DNA of 64,000 bases from Desulfovibrio sp. (GCA_031260725.1 JAISKZ010000010.1:7012-71011); one strand, 5' to 3'; numbered from the stretch's first letter, positions 1 through 15,396 are shown. The notes: generated from the sequence alone by a model not told the origin. Numbers and translations: made by a program.

Positions 1-2466
1 GTCACTCCGGAAGAATTCGGCGAGATTGTTGTGCGCAACGGGCCGGACAGCGCCATGTTGCGCCTGAAGGACATCGCCGAAATTTCACTCGGCGGCAAGG
101 ATTACAGCGTGCTTTCGGAATACAACGGCAAAGCCGCGCGAGGGGCGGCCGTATTTCTTCTGCCCGGCGCCAACGCCATATCCACCGGCGACAGGGTGAA
201 GGCGAGGATGGCGGAAATAGCCCACGGCTTTCCGGAAGGCGTGGACTACACCATCGCGGTGGACACCAATGAATTTGTCTTAGAATCCATCAAGGAAGTG
301 ATCCACACTCTTGTGGAAGCCATGATTCTGGTTTTTATCGTTGTCTTTGTCTTTTTGCAGAACTGGCGGGCCACGCTCATCCCCTGCATTGCCGTTCCCG
401 TATCCGTCATCGGTACCTTCGCGGGCCTGTATGCGCTCGGCTTCACCATCAACACGCTGACGCTCTTCGGTCTGGTGCTTGCCATCGGCATTGTGGTGGA
501 CGACGCCATTGTGGTGCTGGAAAACGTGGAGCGCATCATGCGCACAGAGCATCTGCCGCCCAAGGAGGCTACAGCCAAAGCCATGAACGAGGTCACGGGG
601 CCGGTCATCGCCATTGTGCTCGTGCTGTGCGCGGTCTTTATTCCTGTTTCCTTCATGGGCGGTCTGGCCGGGCAGATGTACAAACAGTTCGCCATCACCA
701 TTTCCGTTTCCGTGATGCTGTCGGGCGTTGTGGCACTCACGCTCACGCCGGCGCTCTGCGCACTGCTGCTCAAACCGCACTCCCACGACCACACGCCCGC
801 GGCTTTTTTTGTGCGTTTCAACTATCTCTTCACCAGCATCACCCACAGTTATGTGCGTATGGTGCGCTTTATCAAAAATTCCGGCCTGCGCGCCATTCTG
901 CTTTTCGGACTCATGCTTGTCGCCATTGTATGGCTTTTCAGGGTGGTGCCCGGCGGTCTGGTGCCAAACGAAGATCAGGGCTATTTACTGGGCATGGCCG
1001 TGCTCTCTGACGGGGCATCCCAGCACCGCACCCACAACATCACCAGACAGATCGCGGATTTTGTGCTGAAAGACCCCTCGGCAAAAATCATCATGACGAT
1101 CAACGGCATAGATATCACATCCTTCTCCACCAAGAGCAACTACGGCACGTTTTTCGTGAATATGAAGCCGTGGAATGAACGCAGGGGGGCCAACATGTCG
1201 GCGCAGGACATGGCGAGAAAGGTGATGGGCCAGACCATGGCCCAGCCTGAAGCCGTTGTTCTGGGCTTTACGCCGCCGCCCATCAGCGGCATGAGTACCA
1301 CAGGCGGTTTTGACGGCTATATCCAGATGCGCGGCGACAGCACCATTCACGACATGGAAAATATGGCTAACCGTGTCACGCAGGAAGCTTTGTCTGTTGT
1401 AGGAGATGGAACGAACGCGCGAAAAAAATACCCGGCCGTCGGCAACGTGCAAAACCTCTTTTCCACGGGTGCGCCGCAGTTGTATGCCGACCTTGACCGC
1501 GAGCGCTGCCGCGACATGGGAGTGAGCGTAACGGATGTGTTCACGGCCATGAGCGGCACCTTCGGCTCATTCTACGTCAATGACTTCAACTACCTCGGCA
1601 GAACGTATCAGGTGCGTTTGCAGTCTGACGCGGCCTACCGCATTTTGCCGGAATCAATCAACGACGTGTACGTGCACAACACAAACGGCGACATGATACC
1701 ACTTTCCGCCCTGATGACGCTGGAACGTCGCACCGCACCGCAGACCATGGAACGGTACAACGTTTATCCGGCCGCGCATTTTCTGGGCAATCCCGCGCCG
1801 GGCTATTCCTCCGGCCAGGCGCTTGAGGCCATGGAACAGGCCGCCGCCGCCGTGATGACCTCTGACTACAGTTTGGGATGGGTCGGCTCGGCCCTGCAGG
1901 AAAAGCTGGCCAGTGCGGATACCACCGTGATTTTTATACTGGCGCTGGTGATGGTTTTTCTGATTCTGGCCGCCCAGTACGAAAGCTGGTCTTTGCCGCT
2001 GGCCGTGCTCACGGCCGTGCCTTTCGGCGTTTTCGGCGCGCTGGCCGCCACATGGCTGCGGGATCTCTCAAACGACGTTTATTTCCAGGTGGCCCTTGTC
2101 ACCCTGATTGGCCTTGCCGCCAAAAACGCCATCCTGATTGTGGAATTCGCCGTGGAAGCATGGCGTAGCGGCCGTTCGCTGGACACGGCGGCCATGCATG
2201 CCTCGCGGCTGCGCTTCAGGCCCATTATCATGACGTCGCTGGCTTTTATTCTCGGCTGTGTGCCGCTTGCCATAAGCACCGGCGCGGGCGCCAACAGCCG
2301 GCACGCCATCGGCACAGCCGTCATTGGCGGCATGCTGGCGGCAACGTGCATAGCCACCCTCTTTGTGCCGTATTTTTTCAAAAGCATTATGCTGCTTTCA
2401 CTCAAACTCCAAGGCAAGAAAGACCCCCATGAAGGTCAGGCGGCCGTTGACGAGGAGGATATATGA
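1..2466 (+). CDS. RND efflux transporter permease subunit (AcrB/MexF-like, HAE1), 5'-truncated by the window edge
   Basis: Frame open from base 1 (VTPEEFGEIVVR...). Motifs LAIGIVVDDAIVVLENVER, GLAAKNAILIVEFA and RFRPIIMTSLAFILG are typical of RND permeases. Confidence 0.95.
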   Translation, partial: VTPEEFGEIVVRNGPDSAMLRLKDIAEISLGGKDYSVLSEYNGKAARGAAVFLLPGANAISTGDRVKARMAEIAHGFPEGVDYTIAVDTNEFVLESIKEVIHTLVEAMILVFIVVFVFLQNWRATLIPCIAVPVSVIGTFAGLYALGFTINTLTLFGLVLAIGIVVDDAIVVLENVERIMRTEHLPPKEATAKAMNEVTGPVIAIVLVLCAVFIPVSFMGGLAGQMYKQFAITISVSVMLSGVVALTLTPALCALLLKPHSHDHTPAAFFVRFNYLFTSITHSYVRMVRFIKNSGLRAILLFGLMLVAIVWLFRVVPGGLVPNEDQGYLLGMAVLSDGASQHRTHNITRQIADFVLKDPSAKIIMTINGIDITSFSTKSNYGTFFVNMKPWNERRGANMSAQDMARKVMGQTMAQPEAVVLGFTPPPISGMSTTGGFDGYIQMRGDSTIHDMENMANRVTQEALSVVGDGTNARKKYPAVGNVQNLFSTGAPQLYADLDRERCRDMGVSVTDVFTAMSGTFGSFYVNDFNYLGRTYQVRLQSDAAYRILPESINDVYVHNTNGDMIPLSALMTLERRTAPQTMERYNVYPAAHFLGNPAPGYSSGQALEAMEQAAAAVMTSDYSLGWVGSALQEKLASADTTVIFILALVMVFLILAAQYESWSLPLAVLTAVPFGVFGALAATWLRDLSNDVYFQVALVTLIGLAAKNAILIVEFAVEAWRSGRSLDTAAMHASRLRFRPIIMTSLAFILGCVPLAISTGAGANSRHAIGTAVIGGMLAATCIATLFVPYFFKSIMLLSLKLQGKKDPHEGQAAVDEEDI

Positions 2467-3965
2467 TCTCCACTGTAAAAAACTGCCTCGCGCTGTGCCT
2501 CGCGCTGCTGCTCTCCGCCTGCTCCCTCGCCCCGAATTATGAACGCCCCGGCCAAGATATTCCTAAGGAATGGCGCAGGGTTGATCTGGGTTCAACGCCG
2601 CTTTACACAGACTGGTGGACGCGTTTTAACGACCCCGTGCTCACGTCCATGATTGCTGAAGCCCTGAGTACCAACCTGGATCTGGCGGAATCGCTGGCAA
2701 GGATTGATTCCGCCGCGGCTCAGGCCGGCGTTGCCACGTCACAACTCTTCCCCACGGTGAGCGGCAACGCTCAGGCGCTCGCGCAAAGCGCTTCGGAAAA
2801 AGGGCCAAATGCCGCCGCCTTTACCCCGCAGACCGGCATGTCGCGCTCCACCACCAATTATCAAGGTTCGCTCAATGCAGCCTGGGAGCTGGATTTCTGG
2901 GGAAAATACCGTGACAGCTACACGGCCCTTACCGACGTGCTCATGAACACCGTTGTCGGGCATGAAGCCTTGCTTCTTTCTGTGGCCGGTCAGACGGCCA
3001 GAGGCTATTTTACCATGCTCGCGCTTGACATGCAGCTTGCTACGGCCCGCCGCACCCTGAAAAGCCGTGAGGATTCCTTCGGCATCTACACAAGCCGCTA
3101 CAGGCAGGGTGACATCACCGAGCTTGACTGGCAGCGCGCTAGGGCGGAGGTGGAAACAGCCCGCTCCCAGATGCACGTCACCACAGTGGCGCTTGATCAG
3201 GCTGAAGCCGCGCTCGCTGTGCTGCTTGGCCGTTCTCCGCGCGATATTATGGAACGCTCCGTGGAGCGCGGCAAAACCATTCACGCGCTCCCTTCCCCGC
3301 CTGTTCTGCCGGAGGGGCTGCCCTCTGCACTTTTGGAACGCCGACCGGACGTGCGCGCAGCGGAATATATGATTATGGCCTATAACGCCGAAATCGGCGC
3401 GGCACGCGCGCAGTTTTTCCCCTCAATTTCCCTGACCGGTGTGCTCGGCACCCTCAGCGCGGCTGTAGGAAATCTGTTCACCGGACCTGCCGGCGTGTGG
3501 AGTTACGGCGTGACCGGCAGCCTGCCCCTTTTGGATTTCAGCCGCAACTGGTACACCGTGAAAGATGCGGAAGCCAGAAAAAAAGCTTCTGTCGCCGTGT
3601 ACCGCAAAACTGTACAGAAGGCGTTTCAGGATATCCGCACATCACTGACGTCACAGCGCGAAGCCGACGCCATTGTGCGCAGCATGCAGTTGCAGGTGCA
3701 AAGTCTGCGCCGGGCGGTGGAGATAGCCCGTCTGCAGTATGACAACGGCTACAGCGATTACCTGACGGTGCTGGACGCCGAACGCCAGCTCTTTGCGGCG
3801 GAAATGCAGCTTGCGACAGGACTGCGCGACCGGCTTGAGGCGGTCGTCAGCGTGTGCATGGCGCTTGGCGGCGGCTGGCAAGATCCGAAGGAAAGCCCTG
3901 CCTTCCCCGTGATCAATACAGAACGCCTGCTTGGCGATGTGACCGGAGGCGCACAACGGCCATGA
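2463..3965 (+). CDS. Efflux outer-membrane factor lipoprotein (OprM/NodT family)
   Basis: Lipobox LLLSAC-SLAP. Motifs WELDFWG, LLERRPDVRAAE, ARAQFFPSISLTG and ALGGGW. ATGA overlap with the RND gene. Confidence 0.93.
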   Translation: MISTVKNCLALCLALLLSACSLAPNYERPGQDIPKEWRRVDLGSTPLYTDWWTRFNDPVLTSMIAEALSTNLDLAESLARIDSAAAQAGVATSQLFPTVSGNAQALAQSASEKGPNAAAFTPQTGMSRSTTNYQGSLNAAWELDFWGKYRDSYTALTDVLMNTVVGHEALLLSVAGQTARGYFTMLALDMQLATARRTLKSREDSFGIYTSRYRQGDITELDWQRARAEVETARSQMHVTTVALDQAEAALAVLLGRSPRDIMERSVERGKTIHALPSPPVLPEGLPSALLERRPDVRAAEYMIMAYNAEIGAARAQFFPSISLTGVLGTLSAAVGNLFTGPAGVWSYGVTGSLPLLDFSRNWYTVKDAEARKKASVAVYRKTVQKAFQDIRTSLTSQREADAIVRSMQLQVQSLRRAVEIARLQYDNGYSDYLTVLDAERQLFAAEMQLATGLRDRLEAVVSVCMALGGGWQDPKESPAFPVINTERLLGDVTGGAQRP

Positions 3966-4597
3966 GCCCCCCCCAGTCGTCGGAGACTGCCAGCAGAGCA
4001 TTCCGGCTGCTCTGTCTTGTTCTGTGTCTGTTTGCCCAATGCCTGACGACAACCCTGCCGCTTTTGCCTGTGCCGGCAACGGCCGCGAGCGCGGCGCAAA
4101 CGCAGACGATGGCGCCCGGCAAAAAAAACGGGGGGGCCGCCCCCCAAAAAAATCTGCACGCACGGCCTTGGATTTTCGGCAAATCCCCTGACCGCGAAGC
4201 CGACATCTGGCGGCATGGGGAACGGGCGGAGCGCATTCGCGAACATGCCGTGCCCGACGCGAAGAGCATGCCCAAAGCGGTTAATACCGCGCCCGTCATT
4301 GACCGGGCACTCAAAAACGCAGAAAAAAAACAGGATGGCCTGAATGTGGACATACGCAATGAAAGTGCGTCCTGGCGTCCCCTCCTGCCGACGGAGAACG
4401 CGCGCCCGTATGAAAACCAGACAAGAACAGGCCGCCATATTGTAGGCGCATTCGCCGACATGAAGTCTGGCGACGATTTGAGCATACGCCTTGGGCCTGA
4501 GTTGATATTGAAAGATGAACAAAGCATTGAAAAGAGCGCGGGTAATCAGCCCGACTCCGCACTCGGCATGGGCATGCAGTTCAAGCTGGATTTTTAA
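3962..4597 (+). CDS. Hypothetical exported protein with C-terminal beta-signal-like end
   Basis: ATG 3962 overlaps the OMF stop (ATGA). Hydrophobic N-terminal stretch. Ends LGMGMQFKLDF. The ORF-track start at 3854 lies inside the upstream gene. Confidence 0.7.
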   Translation: MSPPQSSETASRAFRLLCLVLCLFAQCLTTTLPLLPVPATAASAAQTQTMAPGKKNGGAAPQKNLHARPWIFGKSPDREADIWRHGERAERIREHAVPDAKSMPKAVNTAPVIDRALKNAEKKQDGLNVDIRNESASWRPLLPTENARPYENQTRTGRHIVGAFADMKSGDDLSIRLGPELILKDEQSIEKSAGNQPDSALGMGMQFKLDF

Positions 4598-4604
4598 TGA
4601 TCTT

Positions 4605-8816
<4,212 letters not shown>

Positions 8817-8884
8817 ATTATGTTTTCCCTGCTTTGTAAAAACTTAAAGAACGCTTGTCAGCAATCAGCTGTAATAACGAGAAG

Positions 8885-11800
8885 TTATTCAGCCTCGTCG
8901 TCGCGTTCCTGCATGTAGCTGACGTGTTTGGATTTTTTTTTGTCTTCTTCCTGGTGGAGGGAGACGTTCAATCCGAGACTCATCAGTTCTTTAACGAGCA
9001 CATTGAAGGATTCCGGCAGGCCGGCTTCGAGGAAATTGTCGCCCTTGACAATTTTTTCGTACATTTTAACGCGTCCGGCCACATCATCTGATTTGACAGT
9101 GAGAAATTCCTGAAGAAGATAGGCTGCGCCATACGCTTCCAGCGCCCATACCTCCATTTCTCCCAAACGCTGGCCGCCGAACTGGGCTTTGCCGCCCAAA
9201 GGCTGCTGGGTAACGAGAGAGTATGGCCCGGTGGAACGCGCATGAATTTTTTCGTCCACAAGGTGATGCAGCTTGAGAAGATACATCACGCCTGTTGTGA
9301 CGCGATTTCTGAAGGGGACGCCGGTGCGACCGTCATACAAAACTGTTTTTCCGTCGTTTTCAAGACCGGCTTTGTCCATCCACGCCCATATTTCCTCTTC
9401 CGTGGCACCGTCGAAAACCGGAGTTTTTGTCACAATGCCGTTTTTGAGTTTTTTGACAGCGGCAATGAATTCGTCATCGTTCATGGCGTCCACAAGGGCA
9501 TTGACATCCGCCGACGAAAAGACATCCTTGACCTCTTTGCGCGCGATTTGCAGGGCAGCTCCAGAATCAACAAGCCGGGCCATCTGGCGTCCAAGCTCTT
9601 TTGCTCCCCATCCAAGATGGGTTTCCATAATCTGGCCAATATTCATGCGCGATGGAACGCCCAAGGGATTAAGCACTATGTCGACCGGACGGCCGTCAGC
9701 GAAAAACGGCATGTCCTCTTCAGGCAAAATGCAAGAAACCACGCCCTTGTTCCCGTGTCTGCCCGCCATTTTGTCGCCTACGGAAAGTTTGCGTTTAATG
9801 GCTATGTGAACTTTGACCATTTTGATCACGCCGGGCGGCAGATCGTCACCTTCAGTGACTTTGCCGCGTTTTGCGTCATAAATGGACTTCAGAAAGACAA
9901 TTTCCCGATCATATGACTTCAGCAGTTCAGCAACCGTATCATTAACGGCATTGTTCCTGAAAAGACCGGCAAATTTTTTGACGGGGAGCAGCGTCAGATG
10001 TTCTGCGGCAAGCGCTGTCCCCGCTTCAACAAGCACTTCGCCTTTTTTCTTGCCCGGCACGGAAACAGCCGTCTGCCGGCCCAGAACAGAACCGGCGAGA
10101 AGATCACGCGTTCTGTTTGTCAGCGAACGGATATGATCAGCTTCTTTTTGATCAAGCGCCGCGATATCGTGCGCTTCAATGGCGAGAGTGCGATCGTCCT
10201 TTTCGCCTGAACGGCGGTTGAAGACTTTGACGTCAATAATCGTGCCTTCAACGCCTGGCGGAACCTTAAGGGAAGTATTTTTAACATCACGGGCTTTTTC
10301 ACCGAAAATGGCCCGCAGGAGTTTTTCTTCGGGAGTCAGCTGCGTTTCGCCCTTGGGCGAAATTTTACCTACAAGAATGTCGTCGGGCTTGACAGACGCG
10401 CCGATGCGAATGATGCCGCTTTCATCAAGATTGCGTAGCATGTCTTCACTGACATTGGGAATGTCGCGGGTGATTTCTTCCGGCCCCAGTTTCGTGTCGC
10501 GGGCCACCACCTCAAATTCTTCAATGTGTATGGAGGTAAAAATATCTTCTTTAACCGTTCGCTCGGAAATGAGGATTGAATCTTCATAATTGTAGCCGCA
10601 CCAAGGCATAAAGGCCACAACAAGGTTTTTGCCGAGGGCCAGTTCGCCGTCGTCAATACCGGGACCGTCTGCCAGAATTTGACCTTTTTTGACAAATTGA
10701 CCTGCATGGCAGGTGGGTCGCTGGCCGAAGCAGGAATTCTGATTTGACTTATGAAATTTCAACAGGTCATACGCGCGCACGCCGCCCTGTTCCGGGTAAA
10801 GATCGCCATGATAGGCCACCACGATACGGTCAGCGTCAACATATTCCACCTTGCCGTCTGCAGGCGCGACGATGCACGCCCCGGAATCTCGGGCAACATC
10901 AACTTCCATGCCGGTGCCCACAAGCGGTTTTTCAGAGCGCAGCAGAGGTACGGCCTGCCGCTGCATATTTGACCCCATAAGCGCACGGTTTGCATCATCG
11001 TGCTCAAGAAAGGGAATCAATGCGGCGGAGATTGAAACCATCTGGCTGGGCGAGATGTCCATAAGCGTCACTTCATCGCGGGGACGGATTTCCACTTCGC
11101 CCCTGAGGCGTACGGTAACAAATTCGTCCGTCAGGCGTCCGTTGTCGTCAAGACGCGCATTTGCCTGGGCAACCACCTGATCACTTTCGTGCGAGGCGTC
11201 CAGATGGATGACTTCACTGGTAAGCCGACCTTCCCGGATAACCCGATACGGTGTTTCAATAAATCCGTAGTCATTGACTTTCGCGAAAGTGGTCAGTGAG
11301 ACAATCAGTCCGATATTCGGCCCTTCCGGCGTTTCAATGGGACATATTCTGCCGTAGTGGGAAGTATGGACGTCCCGCACTTCAAAACCTGCGCGCTCGC
11401 GCGTCAGGCCGCCCGGGCCAAGCGCGGAAAGACGGCGCTTATGCGTGACCTCGGAGAGTGAGTTTGTCTGGTCCATAAATTGGGAAAGCTGCGAGGTGCC
11501 GAAGAATTCTTTCAGCACCGCGGCCACAGGTTTGGGATTAATGAGATCATGCGGCATGAGTGTGGAAATTTCTTGGAGGCTCATGCGTTCCTTGATCGCC
11601 CTCTCCATGCGCACAAGGCCGATACGGTACTGGTTTTCCACCAGTTCGCCAACAAGTCTGACCCTGCGTTTGTCCAGATGGTCAATGTCATCTGCCGGAC
11701 CATGGGTGTCTTTAAGTTTAACAAGAACTTTAATGGATGTCAGAATATCTTCATCAGTCAAAGTGCGCGTCCGAGCGGATTCATTACGGCCAAGTCGCTG

Positions 11801-13021
11801 GTTCAACTTGTATCTGCCGACAGGAGAGAGATCGTAGTAGTTTGAATTTCTAAAGAGGTTGTCAAAATAATTTGCCGCAATTTCCGCCGTTGGCGGCGAA
11901 GAAGGCCGCAGACGCCGGTATATCTCTTCTTGAGCTTTCTGCTGGTCGGGAATGCGATCCAGAACCAGTGTGTCGCGAATAGAGGAAGACGCGCCGGCGC
12001 CCTTGGTGTGCAGCACAGCTATGCGTTGAATATTCGCCTCGCGCAGACGCTCCAGAAGACCGGGCGTTATTTCGTCAGCCGCTTCCGCCAGCACTTCGCC
12101 TGATTTGCCGTCGGTTGCGTCTTCAGCAAGGAACATGCTGTCCAGCAGGTCAGGCCGCACTTCAATTGCCTGAATTCCCGCTTCACAGATCACGCGCCAG
12201 CTTCGTTTTGTGATAGGCTTGCCGGCCTTAACGATTATTGTTCCATCAGGGGCAACAATGTCGGCATAAGCGTTATCTTTGCGGTAAAGATTTTTTTTGA
12301 CTTCCCAAAACAATCGGTTGTCCTGCAAGAGGTAATGTTCACGATTGTAAAAATAATCAAGTATTTGTGCCTTGCTCATCCCCATGGCTTTAAAGAGAAT
12401 GGTGGCGGGCATTTTTCTGCGCCGGTCAATACGGACATACAGTATGTCTTTGTGATCAAAGTCAAAATCAAGCCATGAGCCGCGCATAGGCATCACGCGG
12501 CAGGAATAGAGCACCTTGCGGCTTGTATGTGTTTTGCCGCCGTCGTGTTCAAAAATGATGCCGGGAGAACGTTGAAGCTGGTTGACTATCACGCGTTCTG
12601 TCCCGTTAATAATAAATGTGCCCTTTTCCGTCATCAAGGGCAGCGTGCCGAAATAGATGTCCTGTTCCTTGATGTCACGTATGCTCTTGTTGCCGGAGGC
12701 TGCATCAGCGACATAGACGATAAGGCGCATTTTTATGCGCACGGGGGCTTCGTAGGTCAGCCCTTTGGCAATACATTCAGCCTGATCATACTTGGGTTCG
12801 CTTATCTCATAACTGACGAATTCCAGACTAGCGGTTTTATTAAAATCTTCAATGGGGAAGACAGAATGGAAAACGCCTTCCAGACCTTCGTCGCGATTTC
12901 GTTCCGCATCAGAAACACCTTCCTGGAGAAATTTTCGATAGGAATCTATTTGCAGATTCAGTAAATGAGGAATAGGAAGAGAAACTTTGATTTTGCCAAA
13001 CTGTTTGGTAAGCTGATCCAT
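8885..13021 (-). CDS. rpoB: DNA-directed RNA polymerase subunit beta
   Basis: Rif region [45 protein letters not shown] 13021 chosen because GAGGTG lies just upstream. Confidence 0.99.
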   Translation of the reverse strand: MDQLTKQFGKIKVSLPIPHLLNLQIDSYRKFLQEGVSDAERNRDEGLEGVFHSVFPIEDFNKTASLEFVSYEISEPKYDQAECIAKGLTYEAPVRIKMRLIVYVADAASGNKSIRDIKEQDIYFGTLPLMTEKGTFIINGTERVIVNQLQRSPGIIFEHDGGKTHTSRKVLYSCRVMPMRGSWLDFDFDHKDILYVRIDRRRKMPATILFKAMGMSKAQILDYFYNREHYLLQDNRLFWEVKKNLYRKDNAYADIVAPDGTIIVKAGKPITKRSWRVICEAGIQAIEVRPDLLDSMFLAEDATDGKSGEVLAEAADEITPGLLERLREANIQRIAVLHTKGAGASSSIRDTLVLDRIPDQQKAQEEIYRRLRPSSPPTAEIAANYFDNLFRNSNYYDLSPVGRYKLNQRLGRNESARTRTLTDEDILTSIKVLVKLKDTHGPADDIDHLDKRRVRLVGELVENQYRIGLVRMERAIKERMSLQEISTLMPHDLINPKPVAAVLKEFFGTSQLSQFMDQTNSLSEVTHKRRLSALGPGGLTRERAGFEVRDVHTSHYGRICPIETPEGPNIGLIVSLTTFAKVNDYGFIETPYRVIREGRLTSEVIHLDASHESDQVVAQANARLDDNGRLTDEFVTVRLRGEVEIRPRDEVTLMDISPSQMVSISAALIPFLEHDDANRALMGSNMQRQAVPLLRSEKPLVGTGMEVDVARDSGACIVAPADGKVEYVDADRIVVAYHGDLYPEQGGVRAYDLLKFHKSNQNSCFGQRPTCHAGQFVKKGQILADGPGIDDGELALGKNLVVAFMPWCGYNYEDSILISERTVKEDIFTSIHIEEFEVVARDTKLGPEEITRDIPNVSEDMLRNLDESGIIRIGASVKPDDILVGKISPKGETQLTPEEKLLRAIFGEKARDVKNTSLKVPPGVEGTIIDVKVFNRRSGEKDDRTLAIEAHDIAALDQKEADHIRSLTNRTRDLLAGSVLGRQTAVSVPGKKKGEVLVEAGTALAAEHLTLLPVKKFAGLFRNNAVNDTVAELLKSYDREIVFLKSIYDAKRGKVTEGDDLPPGVIKMVKVHIAIKRKLSVGDKMAGRHGNKGVVSCILPEEDMPFFADGRPVDIVLNPLGVPSRMNIGQIMETHLGWGAKELGRQMARLVDSGAALQIARKEVKDVFSSADVNALVDAMNDDEFIAAVKKLKNGIVTKTPVFDGATEEEIWAWMDKAGLENDGKTVLYDGRTGVPFRNRVTTGVMYLLKLHHLVDEKIHARSTGPYSLVTQQPLGGKAQFGGQRLGEMEVWALEAYGAAYLLQEFLTVKSDDVAGRVKMYEKIVKGDNFLEAGLPESFNVLVKELMSLGLNVSLHQEEDKKKSKHVSYMQERDDEAE

Positions 13022-13194
13022 GAGCACCTCAAATCAGGTAACGGTTGCGCCCCGGCAGCGCGGGAGAAAGCGCCGTTTGACGCCGACGGAAAATTTTAAA
13101 AAAGTCTGCGGGAACAATCAGCAATTAAAGCAGGGGAGCAAGAAAGCGCGATTCCCCAAGAAACGAATTTCCATAGACATACATTGAACCTATT

Positions 13195-13223
13195 ATAATA
13201 AACGAAATATTTATTTTTTGCAA
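13195..13223 (-). promoter_or_regulatory. Candidate sigma70 promoter for rpoBC (TTGCAA-N17-TATTAT)
   Basis: Minus strand -35 TTGCAA at 13223-13218, 17-nt AT-rich spacer, -10 TATTAT at 13200-13195. Lies downstream of the rplL terminator. Confidence 0.55.
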
Positions 13224-13238
13224 GGGCTTTCGTGTTGA

Positions 13239-13319
13239 GAGAGATTCACGTTCGCAATGATTTGACACTTGTAATTAGTTGTTTTTACTTGATAAAAATA
13301 TCACAAAGGTGAAACTCTC
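13239..13319. mobile_element. MITE-like element, copy A (81 bp)
   Basis: TIRs GAGAGATTCAC / GTGAAACTCTC (10/11 complementary). Perfect 8-bp direct repeat CGTGTTGA on both sides (13231-13238, 13320-13327). Homologous to 32500-32589. Confidence 0.8.
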
Positions 13320-13356
13320 CGTGTTGAAGTTTTTTGGCTGGCCGCTGCAGCGGCAG

Positions 13357-13396
13357 AAAAGTAAAAGCATGGCGAAACATTACGGTTTCGCCATGC
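13357..13396 (-). terminator. Intrinsic terminator downstream of rplL
   Basis: 12-bp perfect stem GCATGGCGAAAC / GTTTCGCCATGC (13367-13378, 13385-13396) followed on the minus strand by TTTTACTTTT. Confidence 0.8.
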
Positions 13397-13445
13397 ACAA
13401 TGTGTGTAACGCCTGGCGTCGGGCCCGTGAGAGATGAAGACGGAT

Positions 13446-13832
13446 TTACTTAACTTCGACGGTCGCGCCTGCGTCGGCAAGCTGTTTTCTCGCTTCTTCA
13501 GCTTCTTCCTTTGAGACCGCTTCTTTAATAGTTGAAGGAGCGCCGTCAACTTTTTCCTTTGCCTCCTTGAGGCCAAGGCTGGTCAAAGCGCGTACCGCTT
13601 TAATCACGTTAATTTTGTTGGCGCCGGTTTCTTTGAGGATCACATCGAATTCAGTTTTTTCTTCCTCTGCGACCGCGGCGTCAGCGCCGGCGGCGGGCGC
13701 CATTACCATTGCCGCGGCGGGCGCTACGGCAGATACGCCAAATTTTTCTTCCAACTCCTTGATGAACTCTGAAAGTTCGAGCACAGTCATATCAGAAATA
13801 AAGGCGACGACTTCTTCCTTGGTCACGGACAT
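13446..13832 (-). CDS. rplL: 50S ribosomal protein L7/L12
   Basis: [27 protein letters not shown] motifs. Confidence 0.99.
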   Translation of the reverse strand: MSVTKEEVVAFISDMTVLELSEFIKELEEKFGVSAVAPAAAMVMAPAAGADAAVAEEEKTEFDVILKETGANKINVIKAVRALTSLGLKEAKEKVDGAPSTIKEAVSKEEAEEARKQLADAGATVEVK

Positions 13833-13886
13833 GGTAATCTCCTGATTTTTGGCAGTTAAAATTTAAACTGTTCTCGCCTAAACGCG

Positions 13887-14414
13887 TTACGTGGCCGCAT
13901 TGTTTTTTTGTTCTTCAATGCCTTTTAAAATATAGAGAAAACCGCGTAACAAATTGGCGAACAGCGACACAAAACTGGTGGGCACGGCGTTTATGGTGCC
14001 AAGCAGCTGGGCAAGCAACTGTTCCCTGCCGGGAAGCCTTGCCAAAGCCTCAACTTGATCGGCAGTCAATTTCCTGCCTTCCAGATTGGCACAGCGCAGC
14101 TTGAACAGCTTGCTCTGCTTAGCAAAATCATTGAGCGTCTTGGCCACCGCCACAGGATCTTCATAGCCAAGGGCCACGCCGCAGTTTTCATGGAATTTAT
14201 CCTTGATCGCGTCGTGTGTGCCGCCGGTGAAAGCAATGCGAGCCAAGGTGTTTTTAACGACATGATATTCGCCGCCTGATTTTCTCAGGCTCACCCGAAG
14301 GTTCGTCAGCTCTTCCACCGTCATTCCCTTGAAGTCGGTCAGAACCGCAAAAGAAGCCTTGTCTGTCTTTGTTTTGATGGCTTCTATAATAACGGCTTTT
14401 TCAGACCTGTTCAC
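13887..14414 (-). CDS. rplJ: 50S ribosomal protein L10
   Basis: [10 protein letters not shown] motif; position upstream of rplL; GTG start. Confidence 0.98.
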   Translation of the reverse strand: MNRSEKAVIIEAIKTKTDKASFAVLTDFKGMTVEELTNLRVSLRKSGGEYHVVKNTLARIAFTGGTHDAIKDKFHENCGVALGYEDPVAVAKTLNDFAKQSKLFKLRCANLEGRKLTADQVEALARLPGREQLLAQLLGTINAVPTSFVSLFANLLRGFLYILKGIEEQKNNAAT

Positions 14415-14464
14415 GTGACACCTCTCACGTTCAGGGTTGTCGGATGGAATGCCGAGTCAAAGTT

Positions 14465-14515
14465 GAAGCGTCTGGACAGGAATTTATGGGGTTTACCCGC
14501 CTGTCGTCTTCGACT
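14465..14515 (-). ncRNA. L10 leader (ribosomal protein L10 autoregulatory element)
   Basis: Minus strand AAGACGACAGG-CGGGTAAACCCC-ATAAATT-CCTGT-CCAGAC upstream of rplJ. ACAGG/CCTGT stem plus a small hairpin resembles the L10-leader pattern; not scored with a covariance model. Confidence 0.6.
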
Positions 14516-14688
14516 CGAATTCCGTATTCCTCTGCCAAAGTTGTTGTTACACCCAGTCGGAGCAAATTAACACGGGAAATGTCAATTTGCCTTGAAAAGA
14601 TTTTATCAAAAATCCTTGCCGGGAGATTGCCGCAAGGCAAATGTATTGCGCCGCAAGCGCAAGTTGAAGCATAAGCTGTTCCCGGAGG

Positions 14689-15396
14689 TCAGCCCTCAAG
14701 AAATTTTTTAACCATCGGCATGTCAATCTTGAAACCAGGCCCCATCGTTGTGGAAACGGCCATTGAACACATATACACGCCTTTTGCGGTGGAAGGTTTC
14801 AATCGGTTGACAGTTTCAAGCAACGCTTTGAGATTACCGAGGATTTTCTCTGCACCAAAAGAGACTTTGCCAAGAGGAGCGTGCAGCACGCCTGCTTTGT
14901 CAACCCTGAATTCAACACGGCCGGCTTTGAGTTCTCCAACAACCTTGCCTACATCAAATGTGACTGATCCTGTTTTGGCATTGGGCATCAGGCCGTGGGG
15001 GCCAAGCAGACGGCCGATCTGCCCCACAAGCGCCATAACATCGGGTGTGGCAACCGCCGCATCAAATTCACGCCAGCCTTCTTTAATTTTTGCAACAAGT
15101 TCTTCTGCTCCAACAGCGTCGGCGCCAGCTTCACGCGCCTCGGTTTGCTTTTCGCCTTTACAGAAGACAGCCACCCTGACGGTTTTGCCAAGGCCGTGGG
15201 GAAGTGTGACAGCACCACGCACCATCTGGTCCGAGTATTTGGGGTCAACACCTAAACGTATTGCAACATCAACAGTTTCGTCAAATTTGGCAAAGGAGAC
15301 GTGCAGGGATTGATCTACAGCATCTTCAATACAATAACGTTTCTGTAGGTCAAGGCCTTCCAGGGCCTTGGAAAATTTTTTGCCATGTCTGGGCAT
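14689..15396 (-). CDS. rplA: 50S ribosomal protein L1
   Basis: [32 protein letters not shown]. Confidence 0.99.
   Translation of the reverse strand: MPRHGKKFSKALEGLDLQKRYCIEDAVDQSLHVSFAKFDETVDVAIRLGVDPKYSDQMVRGAVTLPHGLGKTVRVAVFCKGEKQTEAREAGADAVGAEELVAKIKEGWREFDAAVATPDVMALVGQIGRLLGPHGLMPNAKTGSVTFDVGKVVGELKAGRVEFRVDKAGVLHAPLGKVSFGAEKILGNLKALLETVNRLKPSTAKGVYMCSMAVSTTMGPGFKIDMPMVKKFLEG

Noticed and set aside
13262-13290. TTGACA inside MITE copy A as a portable promoter
   Set aside because: No matching -10 at 17 nt, it faces away from rpoB, and copy B has TTGATG.
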